From assembly GCA_965214055.1 (NCBI GenBank), contig OZ243931.1, positions 1,583,380 through 1,647,379 of the forward strand: a stretch of DNA of 64,000 nt, read 5' to 3'. The notes below the pieces were generated by a model, which did not search any database, had not been told where the DNA came from, and saw only the letters and a list, made by a program, of their open reading frames with translations. Origin of the DNA: Candidatus Poriferihabitaceae bacterium (GTDB taxonomy: Bacteria; Pseudomonadota; Gammaproteobacteria; Arenicellales; Poriferihabitantaceae). The position numbers and the translations under genes were made by a program. This document shows positions 36,690 through 46,154 of the stretch, piece after piece; the first letter of the stretch is position 1; each line of letters starts with the position of its first letter.

Positions 36690-37453
36690 CCGTGCAAGAC
36701 ACCAGGTTTCATATTATTGTTCCGGCGCGGTACCGGGCCAGCCGGCTGCCCGGAAAGCCCTTGCTGGACATTGGCGGCAAACCCATGATTCAGCATGTGG
36801 TGGAACGCTGCAGGGAAAGTGCTGCCACATCGGTTGTTGTGGCCACCGACAGTCCGAGGATTGCGGATGCGGTGGAATCTTTCGGCGGCCAGGCCGTGAT
36901 GACTTCCCCGGATCATCCCTCGGGCAGCGACCGCATTGCGGAAGCGTCTGCGCTGCTTGGAATTGGAGACCGGGAAATCATTGTGAATGTTCAGGGAGAC
37001 GAGCCCGATATGCCGGCGGCGTTAATCAACCAGCTGGCACAGGGGCTCGCGGGGGATGGAGCGGCGGCCATGGCCACCGCATGCGCTCCCCTGGATCGGG
37101 AAACCCAGTTCACCGACCCCGCAGTCGTTAAAGTGGTTTGCAATCAGGCGGGTCATGCGATGTATTTCAGCCGGGCACCGATTCCCTGGGAGAGGGATCC
37201 CGGTTCGGTATCCCCTGGGAAAAATGTCGATTATCAAGCGTATCGTCATCTGGGTATTTACGCGTACCGGGCAGAATTCCTGAGAAAATACACCTTGATG
37301 GAACGGCCGGCCCTGGAAGAACTGGAAAAGCTGGAGCAGTTGCGGGTGTTGTGGCATGGCCACAAAATCCTCTGCCTGAAAGCGGTGGTGGTGCCCAGCC
37401 CGGGTATTGATACCCGGAAAGATCTCATGGCAGCCAGAAAAAAACACGGTTAG
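36686..37453 (+). CDS. kdsB: 3-deoxy-manno-octulosonate cytidylyltransferase
   Basis: IIVPARYRASRLPGKPLLDIGGKPMIQHV...VVATDS...NVQGDEP. ATGA overlap with lpxK. Confidence 0.95.
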   Translation: MTVQDTRFHIIVPARYRASRLPGKPLLDIGGKPMIQHVVERCRESAATSVVVATDSPRIADAVESFGGQAVMTSPDHPSGSDRIAEASALLGIGDREIIVNVQGDEPDMPAALINQLAQGLAGDGAAAMATACAPLDRETQFTDPAVVKVVCNQAGHAMYFSRAPIPWERDPGSVSPGKNVDYQAYRHLGIYAYRAEFLRKYTLMERPALEELEKLEQLRVLWHGHKILCLKAVVVPSPGIDTRKDLMAARKKHG

Positions 37454-37463
37454 CCCGAATTGG

Positions 37464-37950
37464 CTATGAACCACGCAGGTCTCGTACGAGTTGTGCACAG
37501 TCGTGCCAATGTTCTGGCATCCAGAAAGCAGCGCCAGCTCTGGAGGTTGAGGGTCCCACAAACAGAATGGTTGAACCGGTTTTTTCCTGGCTTCGACCGT
37601 AATCAAGGTTCCTGGTCGAAGTACAAAAAAACTTTGATGCAGCCGTCTTTCCGTTGATATTACGACCAGTGGTTATGCAGACTGGATTTTCTTCCGGAAC
37701 CCCGCGATGTCAAAGTCCTGATTTCGAAGGTTTGAATCACGATTGTTGGTGTGGTTGGCCAGATCGGTGAGACCGATGCCAAATTCAGATAACAGGTGGA
37801 ATTCTTCAGGTGCCAATTGACGGGGTGTCAATCCGGTTTTATGCAGAACTCCCAGAACCGGTTGCGGCCATCCGCATAATAGACTGAACTCGTAGCAGAA
37901 TGCTCTCCGGCACTATCGTTCCCATTGACATGTCGACAGGAAACTGCGGA
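37464..37950 (-). pseudogene. decayed mismatch-specific (Mug/TDG-like) DNA glycosylase gene with at least two frameshifts
   Basis: Three consecutive minus-strand frames read as follows. (1) ...VNGNDSAGEHSATSSVYYADGRNRFWEFC, then a stop. (2) VLGVLHKTGLTPRQLAPEEFHLLSEFGIGLTDLANHTNN...FRKKIQSA, then a stop. (3) GKTAASKFF...GRSQEKTGSTILFVGPSTSRAGAAFW...LVRDLRGS, then a stop. Joined, they are collinear with Mug (GINPG..S...A.P.NRFW / AG.T...L.P.E...L...G.G.T.LV / GK.A....G.Q....T.I.VLP.PSG). The N-terminus abuts the upstream antitoxin gene. Confidence 0.6.
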
Positions 37951-37951
37951 C

Positions 37952-38332
37952 CTATACCCTCTCCTCCGATGTTGGATTCAATGAAACATCGATTCTTACC
38001 TGATCGTACGGTGCCCGCGGGGCGAGCGATCCTTGCCGACCCCTTTTCATTTCCACGAGACCATATTGCGCCATCGTCTTCAGTGTACGCGATAGATTCG
38101 ACTTGTTTCGTCCAGATATCTCCGCCAGTTCGGTGATGGAATCCGGCCGTTCCCGGGCAATCAGCGTCAGCAGTTCACAATTGTGCCGGGAGAGCACCTT
38201 CGCGAAACTCTCCATCGACGTGAACCAGACCTTCGGTTCGCCTCTTGCAGGCTTGTACTCACCTCGTGCGATTGCCATGGTCCTCGCCTTCATCAGGTCA
38301 TACCCGGCAATGCCGATCTTCAGTGTCTTCAT
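37952..38332 (-). CDS. HTH (MarR/winged-helix-like) DNA-binding protein, probable antitoxin (TumA-like)
   Basis: 126 aa. ...ESFAKVLSRHNCELLTLIARERPDSITELAEISGRNKSNLSRTLKTMAQYGLVEM is a helix-turn-helix. 4-nt overlap with the upstream small gene. Confidence 0.7.
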   Translation of the reverse strand: MKTLKIGIAGYDLMKARTMAIARGEYKPARGEPKVWFTSMESFAKVLSRHNCELLTLIARERPDSITELAEISGRNKSNLSRTLKTMAQYGLVEMKRGRQGSLAPRAPYDQVRIDVSLNPTSEERV

Positions 38333-38703
38333 TTATTCGCGCCCCTTTGTTTCAGAATTCCGTCGACTTCCAGCCAGAAATCCGATATGAGTGTTCCGGC
38401 ATCCCTGTAGTCGTAAGGCCGGACGGTATTTTGCTGATGACGGTGATCACTCCTGGTACGCCTTTTCGCTCTTCGAGTTCGACCATCCCATACCGGGTGG
38501 GCATTATCGAATCCTGCCAACCTGGTCCCGCCCGGTGCATGCAACGTTAGCGAATACCTGATCCCGTGCGGCCGCTCGGACGTGACCTCGACCCTCCGGA
38601 CTTCGAATTTCACCCAGTGCCCCGCCTCATCCACGAAATAGGTATCGCCATCAAGGTCCAGCAACGTGTCAAGTCCGGGATCATGGTTGGGCGCTGGCAT
38701 CAT
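38329..38703 (-). CDS. DUF6516 / TumE-like putative toxin
   Basis: 124 aa. ...YFVDEAGHWVKFEVRRV...PHGIRYSLTLH...LAGFDNAH...DHRH resembles, from memory, the TumE family (RYDNAPHH...HH.H). Two-gene operon with the HTH protein. Confidence 0.6.
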   Translation of the reverse strand: MMPAPNHDPGLDTLLDLDGDTYFVDEAGHWVKFEVRRVEVTSERPHGIRYSLTLHAPGGTRLAGFDNAHPVWDGRTRRAKRRTRSDHRHQQNTVRPYDYRDAGTLISDFWLEVDGILKQRGANK

Positions 38704-38708
38704 TAAAG

Positions 38709-38727
38709 GTTATCAGAACATGATAAC
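38709..38727. promoter_or_regulatory. perfect inverted repeat GTTATCA-N5-TGATAAC immediately upstream of the TA operon (candidate antitoxin operator)
   Basis: 7-bp arms and a 5-nt spacer, located 6-24 nt upstream of the tumE-like ATG (38703). Confidence 0.4.
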
Positions 38728-39018
38728 TATGGAAAGGCCATCCTCGCTGACTTTCCCATCCTGAATGTGCAATCAAGGAGCCATGGACATCCGGTCTCGT
38801 CGGCCAGTTCACCCTGCGTGCCGGGAGAGACCCGCAGGCTTCCGCTTGGGAGAAGGCCGAATTTCGCCTGTTGTCCCCTGTCGGGCATCCGCGGTGAAAT
38901 GCTGTGATGAAACGCATCCTGATTCCGGGTTTCATTGTCCTTTGGCACCGGCATGGGGTTGTAGACGAATTTGCACGCAAGGAATACAATTCCACTATGG
39001 CATGAAGGGCACAGTTCA

Positions 39019-39534
39019 ATGGCAATCAGAGAAATCGTGGTGTATCCGAATCCCAGGCTAAGAGAAATCTCAAGGCCGGTAACCGAATTTGATGACGGTC
39101 TTCAGGACCTGGTCGCCGATATGGCCGAGACCATGTACGATGCCCCGGGGATTGGTCTGGCGGCGATCCAGATTGGTGTCCCCAGGCGGGTGGTTGTCAT
39201 GGACCTTTCCGAAACCCGGGATCGCCTCCAGGTGTTTGTCAATCCCGAAATTACGGCCCTCGGCGGGATCACTGAATCGGAAGAAGGCTGCCTGTCGGTT
39301 CCCGGCATCTTTGCAGCCGTGGAGCGGGTTGAAAAAGTGAGAATCAACGCCTGTGATGAGTTGGGAAATCCATTTGAAATGGATGCGGATGCCCTGCTCT
39401 CGGTCTGTATCCAGCATGAAGTGGATCATCTGAACGGAAAGGTCTTTGTCGACTACCTTTCCCGGTTAAAACAGAACCGGGTTCGCAAAAAACTCAAAAA
39501 GGAGTTGCGTCTGGCTGAATCAGAATCCGTCTGA
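39019..39534 (+). CDS. def: peptide deformylase
   Basis: From ATG 39019: MAIREIVVYPNPRL...GIGLAAIQIG, EGCLSVPG and QHEVDHLNG, the three Def motifs. Confidence 0.95.
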   Translation: MAIREIVVYPNPRLREISRPVTEFDDGLQDLVADMAETMYDAPGIGLAAIQIGVPRRVVVMDLSETRDRLQVFVNPEITALGGITESEEGCLSVPGIFAAVERVEKVRINACDELGNPFEMDADALLSVCIQHEVDHLNGKVFVDYLSRLKQNRVRKKLKKELRLAESESV

Positions 39535-39548
39535 TCCGGATCATCCCC

Positions 39549-40499
39549 ATGCGAGTGGTTTATGCCGGAACCCCTGAGTTTTCGGTGCCGTGCTTGCAGG
39601 CACTGTCCACCCGGGCATCCGTGGATCTTGTGGGCGTATACACCCAACCGGACCGTCGTGCCGGGCGGGGCAAAAACCTCGCAATCAGTCCGGTCAAAAA
39701 CCTTGCCAACCAGCTCGGTCTTCCGGTGTTTCAGCCGAAATCCCTGAAAGATCACGAATCCCAGGAGCCGTTGCGGGCCCTTGCTCCCGACCTGATGCTG
39801 GTGGTGGCGTACGGGGTGATATTGCCGGAAGCGGTTCTGGAGATCCCCCGGCTGGGATGCCTCAACATTCACGCCTCCCTGTTGCCGAGGTGGCGGGGGG
39901 CGGCACCGATACAGCGCGCCATTGAGCAGGGTGACACCAGGACCGGAGTGACCCTGATGCAGATTGAACCGCAACTGGATAGCGGGCCGATGCTTGCACA
40001 ACGGGAAACCCGGATTGGAGGGGATGAGACGGGTGGGATGCTTCAGCACAGACTCTCTCGGCTGGGTGCCGAAATCGTTGAGGATACCCTGGATGCCGTG
40101 GAACGAAAACAGCTGGTCCCGGAACCCCAGGACCCTTTGCAGGCAACGTATGCCGCCAAGCTGACCAAGGCCGAATCCGGTTTGGACTGGGGGTTGGATG
40201 CACAGCATCTTGAGAGGAAGATCCGGGCGTTCAACCCCTGGCCGGTGACCACAACCGGGATATCCGGCATGACGCTGCGTATTCACAAGGCACATGTTGG
40301 CCCCCGGGAAGATCGCGGTCGGTGTGGAAGCATCCTGCGGGCGGACAAACAGGGGATACTCGTACAGACCGGTTGTGGCACCCTGAACCTGGAAATACTG
40401 CAAAAGCCCGGTGGCCGGCCCCTGGCCGCCGGGGATTTTCTGAATGGTCTGTCTTTGCAGCCTGGCATGGTATTCGAGTCTCCGGTATGCAGGCAGTGA
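39549..40499 (+). CDS. fmt: methionyl-tRNA formyltransferase
   Basis: MRVVYAGTPEF...QPDRRAGRGK...LNIHASLLPRWRGAAPIQRAI. def-fmt synteny. Confidence 0.95.
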   Translation: MRVVYAGTPEFSVPCLQALSTRASVDLVGVYTQPDRRAGRGKNLAISPVKNLANQLGLPVFQPKSLKDHESQEPLRALAPDLMLVVAYGVILPEAVLEIPRLGCLNIHASLLPRWRGAAPIQRAIEQGDTRTGVTLMQIEPQLDSGPMLAQRETRIGGDETGGMLQHRLSRLGAEIVEDTLDAVERKQLVPEPQDPLQATYAAKLTKAESGLDWGLDAQHLERKIRAFNPWPVTTTGISGMTLRIHKAHVGPREDRGRCGSILRADKQGILVQTGCGTLNLEILQKPGGRPLAAGDFLNGLSLQPGMVFESPVCRQ

Positions 40500-41776
40500 T
40501 GGCGGCAGCCAGGGTGTTGCGTGGCGTAATCGACAAGGGCCAGTCCATGGATACCCTGCTTGAGGAAGTTTCGAAAGATTCGGGGGAAAGGCTGCCGGAA
40601 ATCCGGGAGACTGCCTACGGGGGATGCCGCTTTTATGTGCGGATTGATGCCCTCATTGCCAGCCTGGTGCGCCGCCCGGTGAAACGCCGGGACCGGCTGG
40701 TCCATTTCGTTCTGGTATGTGCCATTTATCAAATCGAATATATGCGGGTCCCGGATCATGCAGTGGTGAACAACAGCGTGGGTTCCCTGGACGGCAGTCA
40801 ATATGCCTGGGCAAAAAAACTGGTGAACGGGGTATTGCGAAACTTTATCCGGAACCGGGTGGAACTTCTCGACCGCCTTCAAAACGGGAGCACCCGGAAT
40901 GCATTTCCGCAGTTCATGTACGACAAAATATGCGCCGACTGGCCGGACCATGCACAAATCATCCTCGACGCTTCCAATGAAAAACCGCCCCTGACGCTGC
41001 GGGTCAACCAGTTGAAGATCAGTCGCGGCGGCTACGCCCGGTGGCTGGAGACCCGGGGGATCGATTTCACCCTGACCCGGGACAGTGAAATCGGGATCAC
41101 ACTGGGTTCCCCCCTTCCCGTGGACCGGATCCCTGGATTTGAACAGGGATATGTTTCAGTCCAGGACGAGTCAGCCCAGCTGGTCCCGGGGTGTCTCCGG
41201 TTGCAGAGGGGGCACCGCGTGCTCGATGCCTGTGCCGCCCCGGGTGGAAAAACCTGCCTGATCCTGGAATCCCGGGCGGACATTGCCGGGCTTGATGCGC
41301 TGGACCTGCCTTCCCGAACCCCCCGGTTACACCAGAATCTGGACCGGTTGTCTCTTCAGGCACGGGTCATTCCGGGAGATCTCCTGGAAAAAAAAGCATG
41401 GTGGGACGGGGAAGCGTATGACCGGGTTCTCCTGGATGCTCCCTGCTCAGGAAGTGGTGTGATCCGACGGCATCCGGACATCAAATATCGCCGGTTGCCG
41501 GGGGACATCAAAAAACTTGCAACCCTGCAGTGTGCTATGCTGGATGTTGCATGGTCGGTGCTCAAATCAGGGGGAATCCTGTTGTATGTGACCTGTTCCA
41601 TCTTCAGGGAAGAAAATGATGAGGTAGTGGGTGATTTCATCCGGGAAAGAACCCATTATGCACTACAATCCCTGCCTGGCAGGTTCGGAATCCAGACCCG
41701 GTATGGCCGACAAAGGCTGCCCGGCGGTGGGCATTCAGGGGACGGATTCTTCTATTGCAGCATTGGAAAACTCTAG
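40487..41776 (+). CDS. rsmB: 16S rRNA (cytosine967-C5)-methyltransferase
   Basis: NusB-like N-domain, then VQDESAQL...VLDACAAPGGKT...VLLDAPCSGSGVIRRHPD...LLYVTCS. Start is ATG 40487 or ATG 40499 (overlapping the fmt stop); the track start 40322 is over-extended. Confidence 0.9.
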   Translation: MQAVMAAARVLRGVIDKGQSMDTLLEEVSKDSGERLPEIRETAYGGCRFYVRIDALIASLVRRPVKRRDRLVHFVLVCAIYQIEYMRVPDHAVVNNSVGSLDGSQYAWAKKLVNGVLRNFIRNRVELLDRLQNGSTRNAFPQFMYDKICADWPDHAQIILDASNEKPPLTLRVNQLKISRGGYARWLETRGIDFTLTRDSEIGITLGSPLPVDRIPGFEQGYVSVQDESAQLVPGCLRLQRGHRVLDACAAPGGKTCLILESRADIAGLDALDLPSRTPRLHQNLDRLSLQARVIPGDLLEKKAWWDGEAYDRVLLDAPCSGSGVIRRHPDIKYRRLPGDIKKLATLQCAMLDVAWSVLKSGGILLYVTCSIFREENDEVVGDFIRERTHYALQSLPGRFGIQTRYGRQRLPGGGHSGDGFFYCSIGKL

Positions 41777-41794
41777 ACCAGGATCATTACTACA

Positions 41795-43171
41795 ATGAAA
41801 ATCATTATTCTTGGCAGTGGTCAGGTGGGTGCATCCATCGCTGAAAACCTTTCCAAGGAAGAGAACGATATCACGCTGGTTGACCACAACCGGGAAATTC
41901 TTGAAAAGATACAGGATCGCCTGGATATCCGCACTATCCAGGGGGATGCCTCGTCTCCCGAGGTGTTGAAACGGGCCGGGGCAGATGATGGAGACCTGAT
42001 CCTGGCGGTGACCAATTCGGACGAAGTCAATATGGTGGCCTGCCAGGTGGCCCATACATTGTTCCACACCCCCACCAAAATCGCCCGGGTCCGGTCTGCG
42101 GATTTCCTTTCCCACCCGGAACTGTTTAACCGGGAATCCATTCCCATTGATGTCATTATCAGCCCAGAACAGATCATTACGGAACAGATTCACCGCCTCA
42201 TCGAATACCCGGGGGCATTGCAGGTCATTGATTTCGCAGACGGTAAAATCCGCCTGGTGGGGCTCAAGGCATACTATGGCGGGGCCCTGGTTGGTCATGA
42301 GCTGAAACAGCTGAAAGATCATCTGCCTTCGGTCAAAACCCGGGTCGTGGTCATATACAGGAAGGACCGGGCGATCATTCCCACGGGCAGTACGGTCATC
42401 GAAGCCGATGATGAGGTGTTCTTTATTGCCACCCAGGAAAATATCAAGACCGTCATGCAGGAACTGCGAAGCATTCAGGAGGTCGGGAAAAAGGTCATTC
42501 TGGCCGGTGCCGGAAACATCGGCTACCGTCTGGCCCAATCCCTCGAAACCAGCAAGTTTCACGTCAAGCTCATTGAGCATGACAAGGTCTGTGCAAAACG
42601 GGTATCGGAACAGCTGGACAATACCCTGGTACTGGAGGGCGATGCAGCGGATGAAGAACTGTTGCGCCAGGAAAATATAGACAGCATGGAGTTGTTTTGC
42701 TCGCTGACCAATGATGATGAGGCAAACATCCTTTCGGCAATGCTGGCCAAGCGGCTGGGGGCAAGGCGGGTCATGGCGATTGTCAATCGGCTGGCGTACA
42801 TTGACCTGATTCAAAGCAATGTTCTGGATATTGCCATTTCACCCCAGCAAAGTACTGTCAGTACATTGTTGAGGCATGTGAGACGCGGGGATGTGGTGGC
42901 GGCATACCCCCTTCGGCGGGGGGTGGCGGAAGCCATCGAGGCCGTCGCCCACGGAGACAGAAAGACATCAAGAATGGTAGGACGCCGGCTTGCGGAAATC
43001 AAGTTGCCGGAGGGCGCGACAATTGGGGCCATCATGCGGGATGATGAACTGATCAATCTTGAAGATGATGCCGTGGTCCAGGATGGTGATCATCTCATCA
43101 TCCTGGTTATTGACAAACGCCGGATCCCGGATGTAGAACGGCTGTTCCAGGTCTCTGCAACCTTTTTCTAG
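41795..43171 (+). CDS. trkA: Trk system potassium uptake protein TrkA
   Basis: Two tandem RCK/NAD-binding units (MKIIILGSGQVG...; VILAGAGNIGYRLA). Confidence 0.95.
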   Translation: MKIIILGSGQVGASIAENLSKEENDITLVDHNREILEKIQDRLDIRTIQGDASSPEVLKRAGADDGDLILAVTNSDEVNMVACQVAHTLFHTPTKIARVRSADFLSHPELFNRESIPIDVIISPEQIITEQIHRLIEYPGALQVIDFADGKIRLVGLKAYYGGALVGHELKQLKDHLPSVKTRVVVIYRKDRAIIPTGSTVIEADDEVFFIATQENIKTVMQELRSIQEVGKKVILAGAGNIGYRLAQSLETSKFHVKLIEHDKVCAKRVSEQLDNTLVLEGDAADEELLRQENIDSMELFCSLTNDDEANILSAMLAKRLGARRVMAIVNRLAYIDLIQSNVLDIAISPQQSTVSTLLRHVRRGDVVAAYPLRRGVAEAIEAVAHGDRKTSRMVGRRLAEIKLPEGATIGAIMRDDELINLEDDAVVQDGDHLIILVIDKRRIPDVERLFQVSATFF

Positions 43172-43293
43172 GATCGTCCCATGCCAGTACGGATTTCAAT
43201 GTGCCACAGGCGGTTCCCGGAAGGAGGATACGATGAAGGCCGGGCCTGGACACCCCGGCTTCACTGCACGCAGGGGTTGAACCGGGAATAGCC

Positions 43294-44745
43294 ATGCAGG
43301 TTCACGGCATTCTCAAAATCCTCGGAATACTGACCACGTGGTTCAGTGTTACCCTGGTGCCCCCCATTGCGATCTCGGTTTACTTTGGCGATGGTGAGCA
43401 CAATACCTTCCTGGCCTGCCTGTTGCTGATTTTTTTCATTGGAATGCTGCTGTGGTATCCGGCCAGGCGCCATCAGGTCGAACTCCGGTTCAGGGAGGGG
43501 TTCCTGATTGTAGTACTGATCTGGGTGGTGCTGTCCATGATGGCCGCGATCCCCCTGGTACTGCTGGATGAACCCGCGCTGAACCTGGTTGAAGCCATTT
43601 TTGAATCTTCGTCCGGCCTGACCACCACCGGGGCCACGATTCTGACCAATATCGATCAATTGCCGGAGTCGGTGCTGTATTACCGGCAGCAATTGCAATG
43701 GCTTGGAGGGATGGGGATTATTGTACTCGCTGTGGCGGTCATGCCGGCCCTGGGTGTCGGCGGCATGCAGTTGTACCGGGCGGAAACACCGGGCCCCATG
43801 AAAGACAATAAACTGACTCCCAGAATAAAGGAAACGGCCAAGGCGATCTGGTACATCTATCTCGCACTGACCCTGGTCTGCGGTGTGGCCTATTTTGCCG
43901 CCGGGATGGACTGGTTCAATGCGCTTTGCCATGCTTTTTCCACTATCGCGATTGGCGGGTTTTCCATCCATGATGACAACCTTGGCTATTTCCAGAGCAA
44001 TACCATCTACCTGCTTGCCGCATTCTTCATGGTCCTGGCGGGCTTGAATTTTGCGCTTCATTTTTCCGCCGTCCGGTTTCGGAGTGTTGCCATCTACCTG
44101 CGGGACCCGGAGGCCAGAGCCTATATCGGGATCATATTCTTCATGATCACCCTCGCCACGGCGATGTTGATCGGGCATGGTATCTATGCGGAACTTGACG
44201 AGACCCTGGTCCAGGGCATTGTGCAGACCATTTCCATGGTGACCACCACCGGGTTTGTCATTACGGACTATACGGTGTGGCCAACGTTCATCCCGATCCT
44301 GCTGGTTCTTCTGAGCGGCGCAGGGGGCTGCGCAGGTTCTACGGCGGGGGGGATCAAGGTGATCAGGGTACTGTTGCTGTTCAAACAGGGCGAGAGAGAA
44401 ATCTCCAAGCTGGTTCATCCGAATGCACTGATTCCCATCAAGCTGGGAGGAAAGCCCGTGAAGGACGATGTGATCAATGCGGTTTGGGGGTTTCTGTCGC
44501 TGTACCTGTTCAGTTACCTGATCCTGTTGATCATGATGCTGGCAACCGGGGCCGATCTCACCACCGCATTCTCTGCGGTGTCAGCGTGCCTGAACAACCT
44601 GGGTCCCGGGCTGGGAGACGTGGCCCATGACTACAGCAGCATCTCGGATACCGGGAAAATAATATTGACCTTTGCCATGCTGCTGGGACGGCTGGAGTTG
44701 TTTACCCTGCTGGTCCTGGTCTCCCCGGTTTTCTGGAAAGGGTGA
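43294..44745 (+). CDS. trkH: Trk system potassium transporter TrkH
   Basis: 483 aa and polytopic, with repeated selectivity-filter-like motifs (SSGLTTTGAT, TIAIGGFS, MVTTTGF, GSTAGGIK). Confidence 0.95.
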   Translation: MQVHGILKILGILTTWFSVTLVPPIAISVYFGDGEHNTFLACLLLIFFIGMLLWYPARRHQVELRFREGFLIVVLIWVVLSMMAAIPLVLLDEPALNLVEAIFESSSGLTTTGATILTNIDQLPESVLYYRQQLQWLGGMGIIVLAVAVMPALGVGGMQLYRAETPGPMKDNKLTPRIKETAKAIWYIYLALTLVCGVAYFAAGMDWFNALCHAFSTIAIGGFSIHDDNLGYFQSNTIYLLAAFFMVLAGLNFALHFSAVRFRSVAIYLRDPEARAYIGIIFFMITLATAMLIGHGIYAELDETLVQGIVQTISMVTTTGFVITDYTVWPTFIPILLVLLSGAGGCAGSTAGGIKVIRVLLLFKQGEREISKLVHPNALIPIKLGGKPVKDDVINAVWGFLSLYLFSYLILLIMMLATGADLTTAFSAVSACLNNLGPGLGDVAHDYSSISDTGKIILTFAMLLGRLELFTLLVLVSPVFWKG

Positions 44746-44811
44746 CCGGGCTGTCGGCGTTGTGGACCATGCCGGTCCCTGATCACCATGGAGCCGGTGG
44801 CCAATTGCCCG

Positions 44812-46128
44812 CTAGTCCAGCCAGCTGTTCACCCGCTTGATATCTTCTTCATCCAACTGCCCCGCCGCCCTTTCCAGGGTCAGAATTGACAGGATATAGT
44901 TGTATCGTGCACGCAGGTAGTGGGTACGGGATACGGACAGGTCCCGTTGTGCATCCAGCACATCGAGGTTGGTGGTCAGTCCCGCACTGAACCCTTCTTC
45001 CTTGGCTTCCAGGGCACTTTCCCCGGCAGAAATGGCTTCGAACAGGGCTTCTACCTGGCTGACGCTGCTGGTGACATCCAGAAAAGCCGAGGTGGTCTGG
45101 GAAGCGGCCAGTCGGCGGGCCTGTTCAAGCAGCCGGTTTTCCCGGTTGTACAGAAGCCCTGCCTGCCGGGTGCGCAACTGGATGGCTCCTGCATGGTACA
45201 GGGGATACTGTACGGTAACTCCCACAGAAGTGGTGGTGGAATCATCGGATGAAGACGACATGGCATTGGAGTCCTGCCAGCGATAATTGGCTCCCAGGGT
45301 CACGGTGGGTCTGAGCAGGCTCTTTTGCCGGTCAATTTCAACCCGGGCGATATCCGAGTTCAATGACTGGACCAGCAAGGGAACATTTTGTGCCAGGGCT
45401 TGGTCCACCCAGGCATTGATGTCATTGGGAACCGGTAATACGAGTGGGGCGTCCGCCCCCAGGGGTGCCAGAGCTTCAGGAGTCATTCCGATCATCTCCT
45501 GCAATGCGGCTATGTGGCTGTTGATCTGATTCTGCGCCTGTATTTCGTCGGCCTCAGCCTGTTTGAAGCGCGCCTTGGCATCGAAAAAATCTGTCTGGGT
45601 GCCCAGTCCCACCTCCAGCCTTTCATCGGCAAGGTCCATCTGCCGACGGATGGCGATTTTTTCCAGTCTGGCCACTTCCCGGGCATCCTGCGCCGCCAGA
45701 ATATTGAAATACCGTTCTGCCACCCGCAACATCAAATCATGCCGGGCATTTTCCAGCATGTGTTCGGAAGCCCGTTCCCGGATTTCAGTCTGTGCAATTT
45801 GGATACGGCCGGCGCGGTCATAAATCCGCAGGGATGCCAGGATGCCCAGTTCATTGTCATCACTGGTACGATTGCGTCCGGTGGAATCAGACCGCTGTCT
45901 TCCGACTTCCGCAGTCGAGGTAATCGCGGGCCTGAAAACAGACTGGTCCAGGGGGTGGTTCAGTTCAGTGGCTTCATGGGCAAGTATCTCGGCCTGGAAA
46001 CCCGGGTCGTGCTCCAGAGCGAGTTCATAGATTTCCCATAAATCCGACGCATCCGCTTTATCGATATTCGATAGTCCCACAACACAGAAAGCGGCAGCGA
46101 GGACTGTGCAAAGATCGAGTCGTTTCAT
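44812..46128 (-). CDS. tolC: TolC family outer membrane channel
   Basis: From ATG 46128: MKRLDLCTVLAAAFCVVGLSN (signal), then two OEP repeats (LWEIYELALEHDPGF...; ...LDVLDAQRDLSVSRTHYLRARYNYILSILTLERAAG). Confidence 0.85.
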   Translation of the reverse strand: MKRLDLCTVLAAAFCVVGLSNIDKADASDLWEIYELALEHDPGFQAEILAHEATELNHPLDQSVFRPAITSTAEVGRQRSDSTGRNRTSDDNELGILASLRIYDRAGRIQIAQTEIRERASEHMLENARHDLMLRVAERYFNILAAQDAREVARLEKIAIRRQMDLADERLEVGLGTQTDFFDAKARFKQAEADEIQAQNQINSHIAALQEMIGMTPEALAPLGADAPLVLPVPNDINAWVDQALAQNVPLLVQSLNSDIARVEIDRQKSLLRPTVTLGANYRWQDSNAMSSSSDDSTTTSVGVTVQYPLYHAGAIQLRTRQAGLLYNRENRLLEQARRLAASQTTSAFLDVTSSVSQVEALFEAISAGESALEAKEEGFSAGLTTNLDVLDAQRDLSVSRTHYLRARYNYILSILTLERAAGQLDEEDIKRVNSWLD

Positions 46129-46154
46129 GTTCGATTGGTGTTCCTGGGGAGGTT

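Noticed and set aside
41735-44418. 359-aa and 385-aa minus-strand ORFs (41735-42814 and 43261-44418)
   Set aside because: Antisense to trkA and trkH, whose identities are certain; shadow frames.
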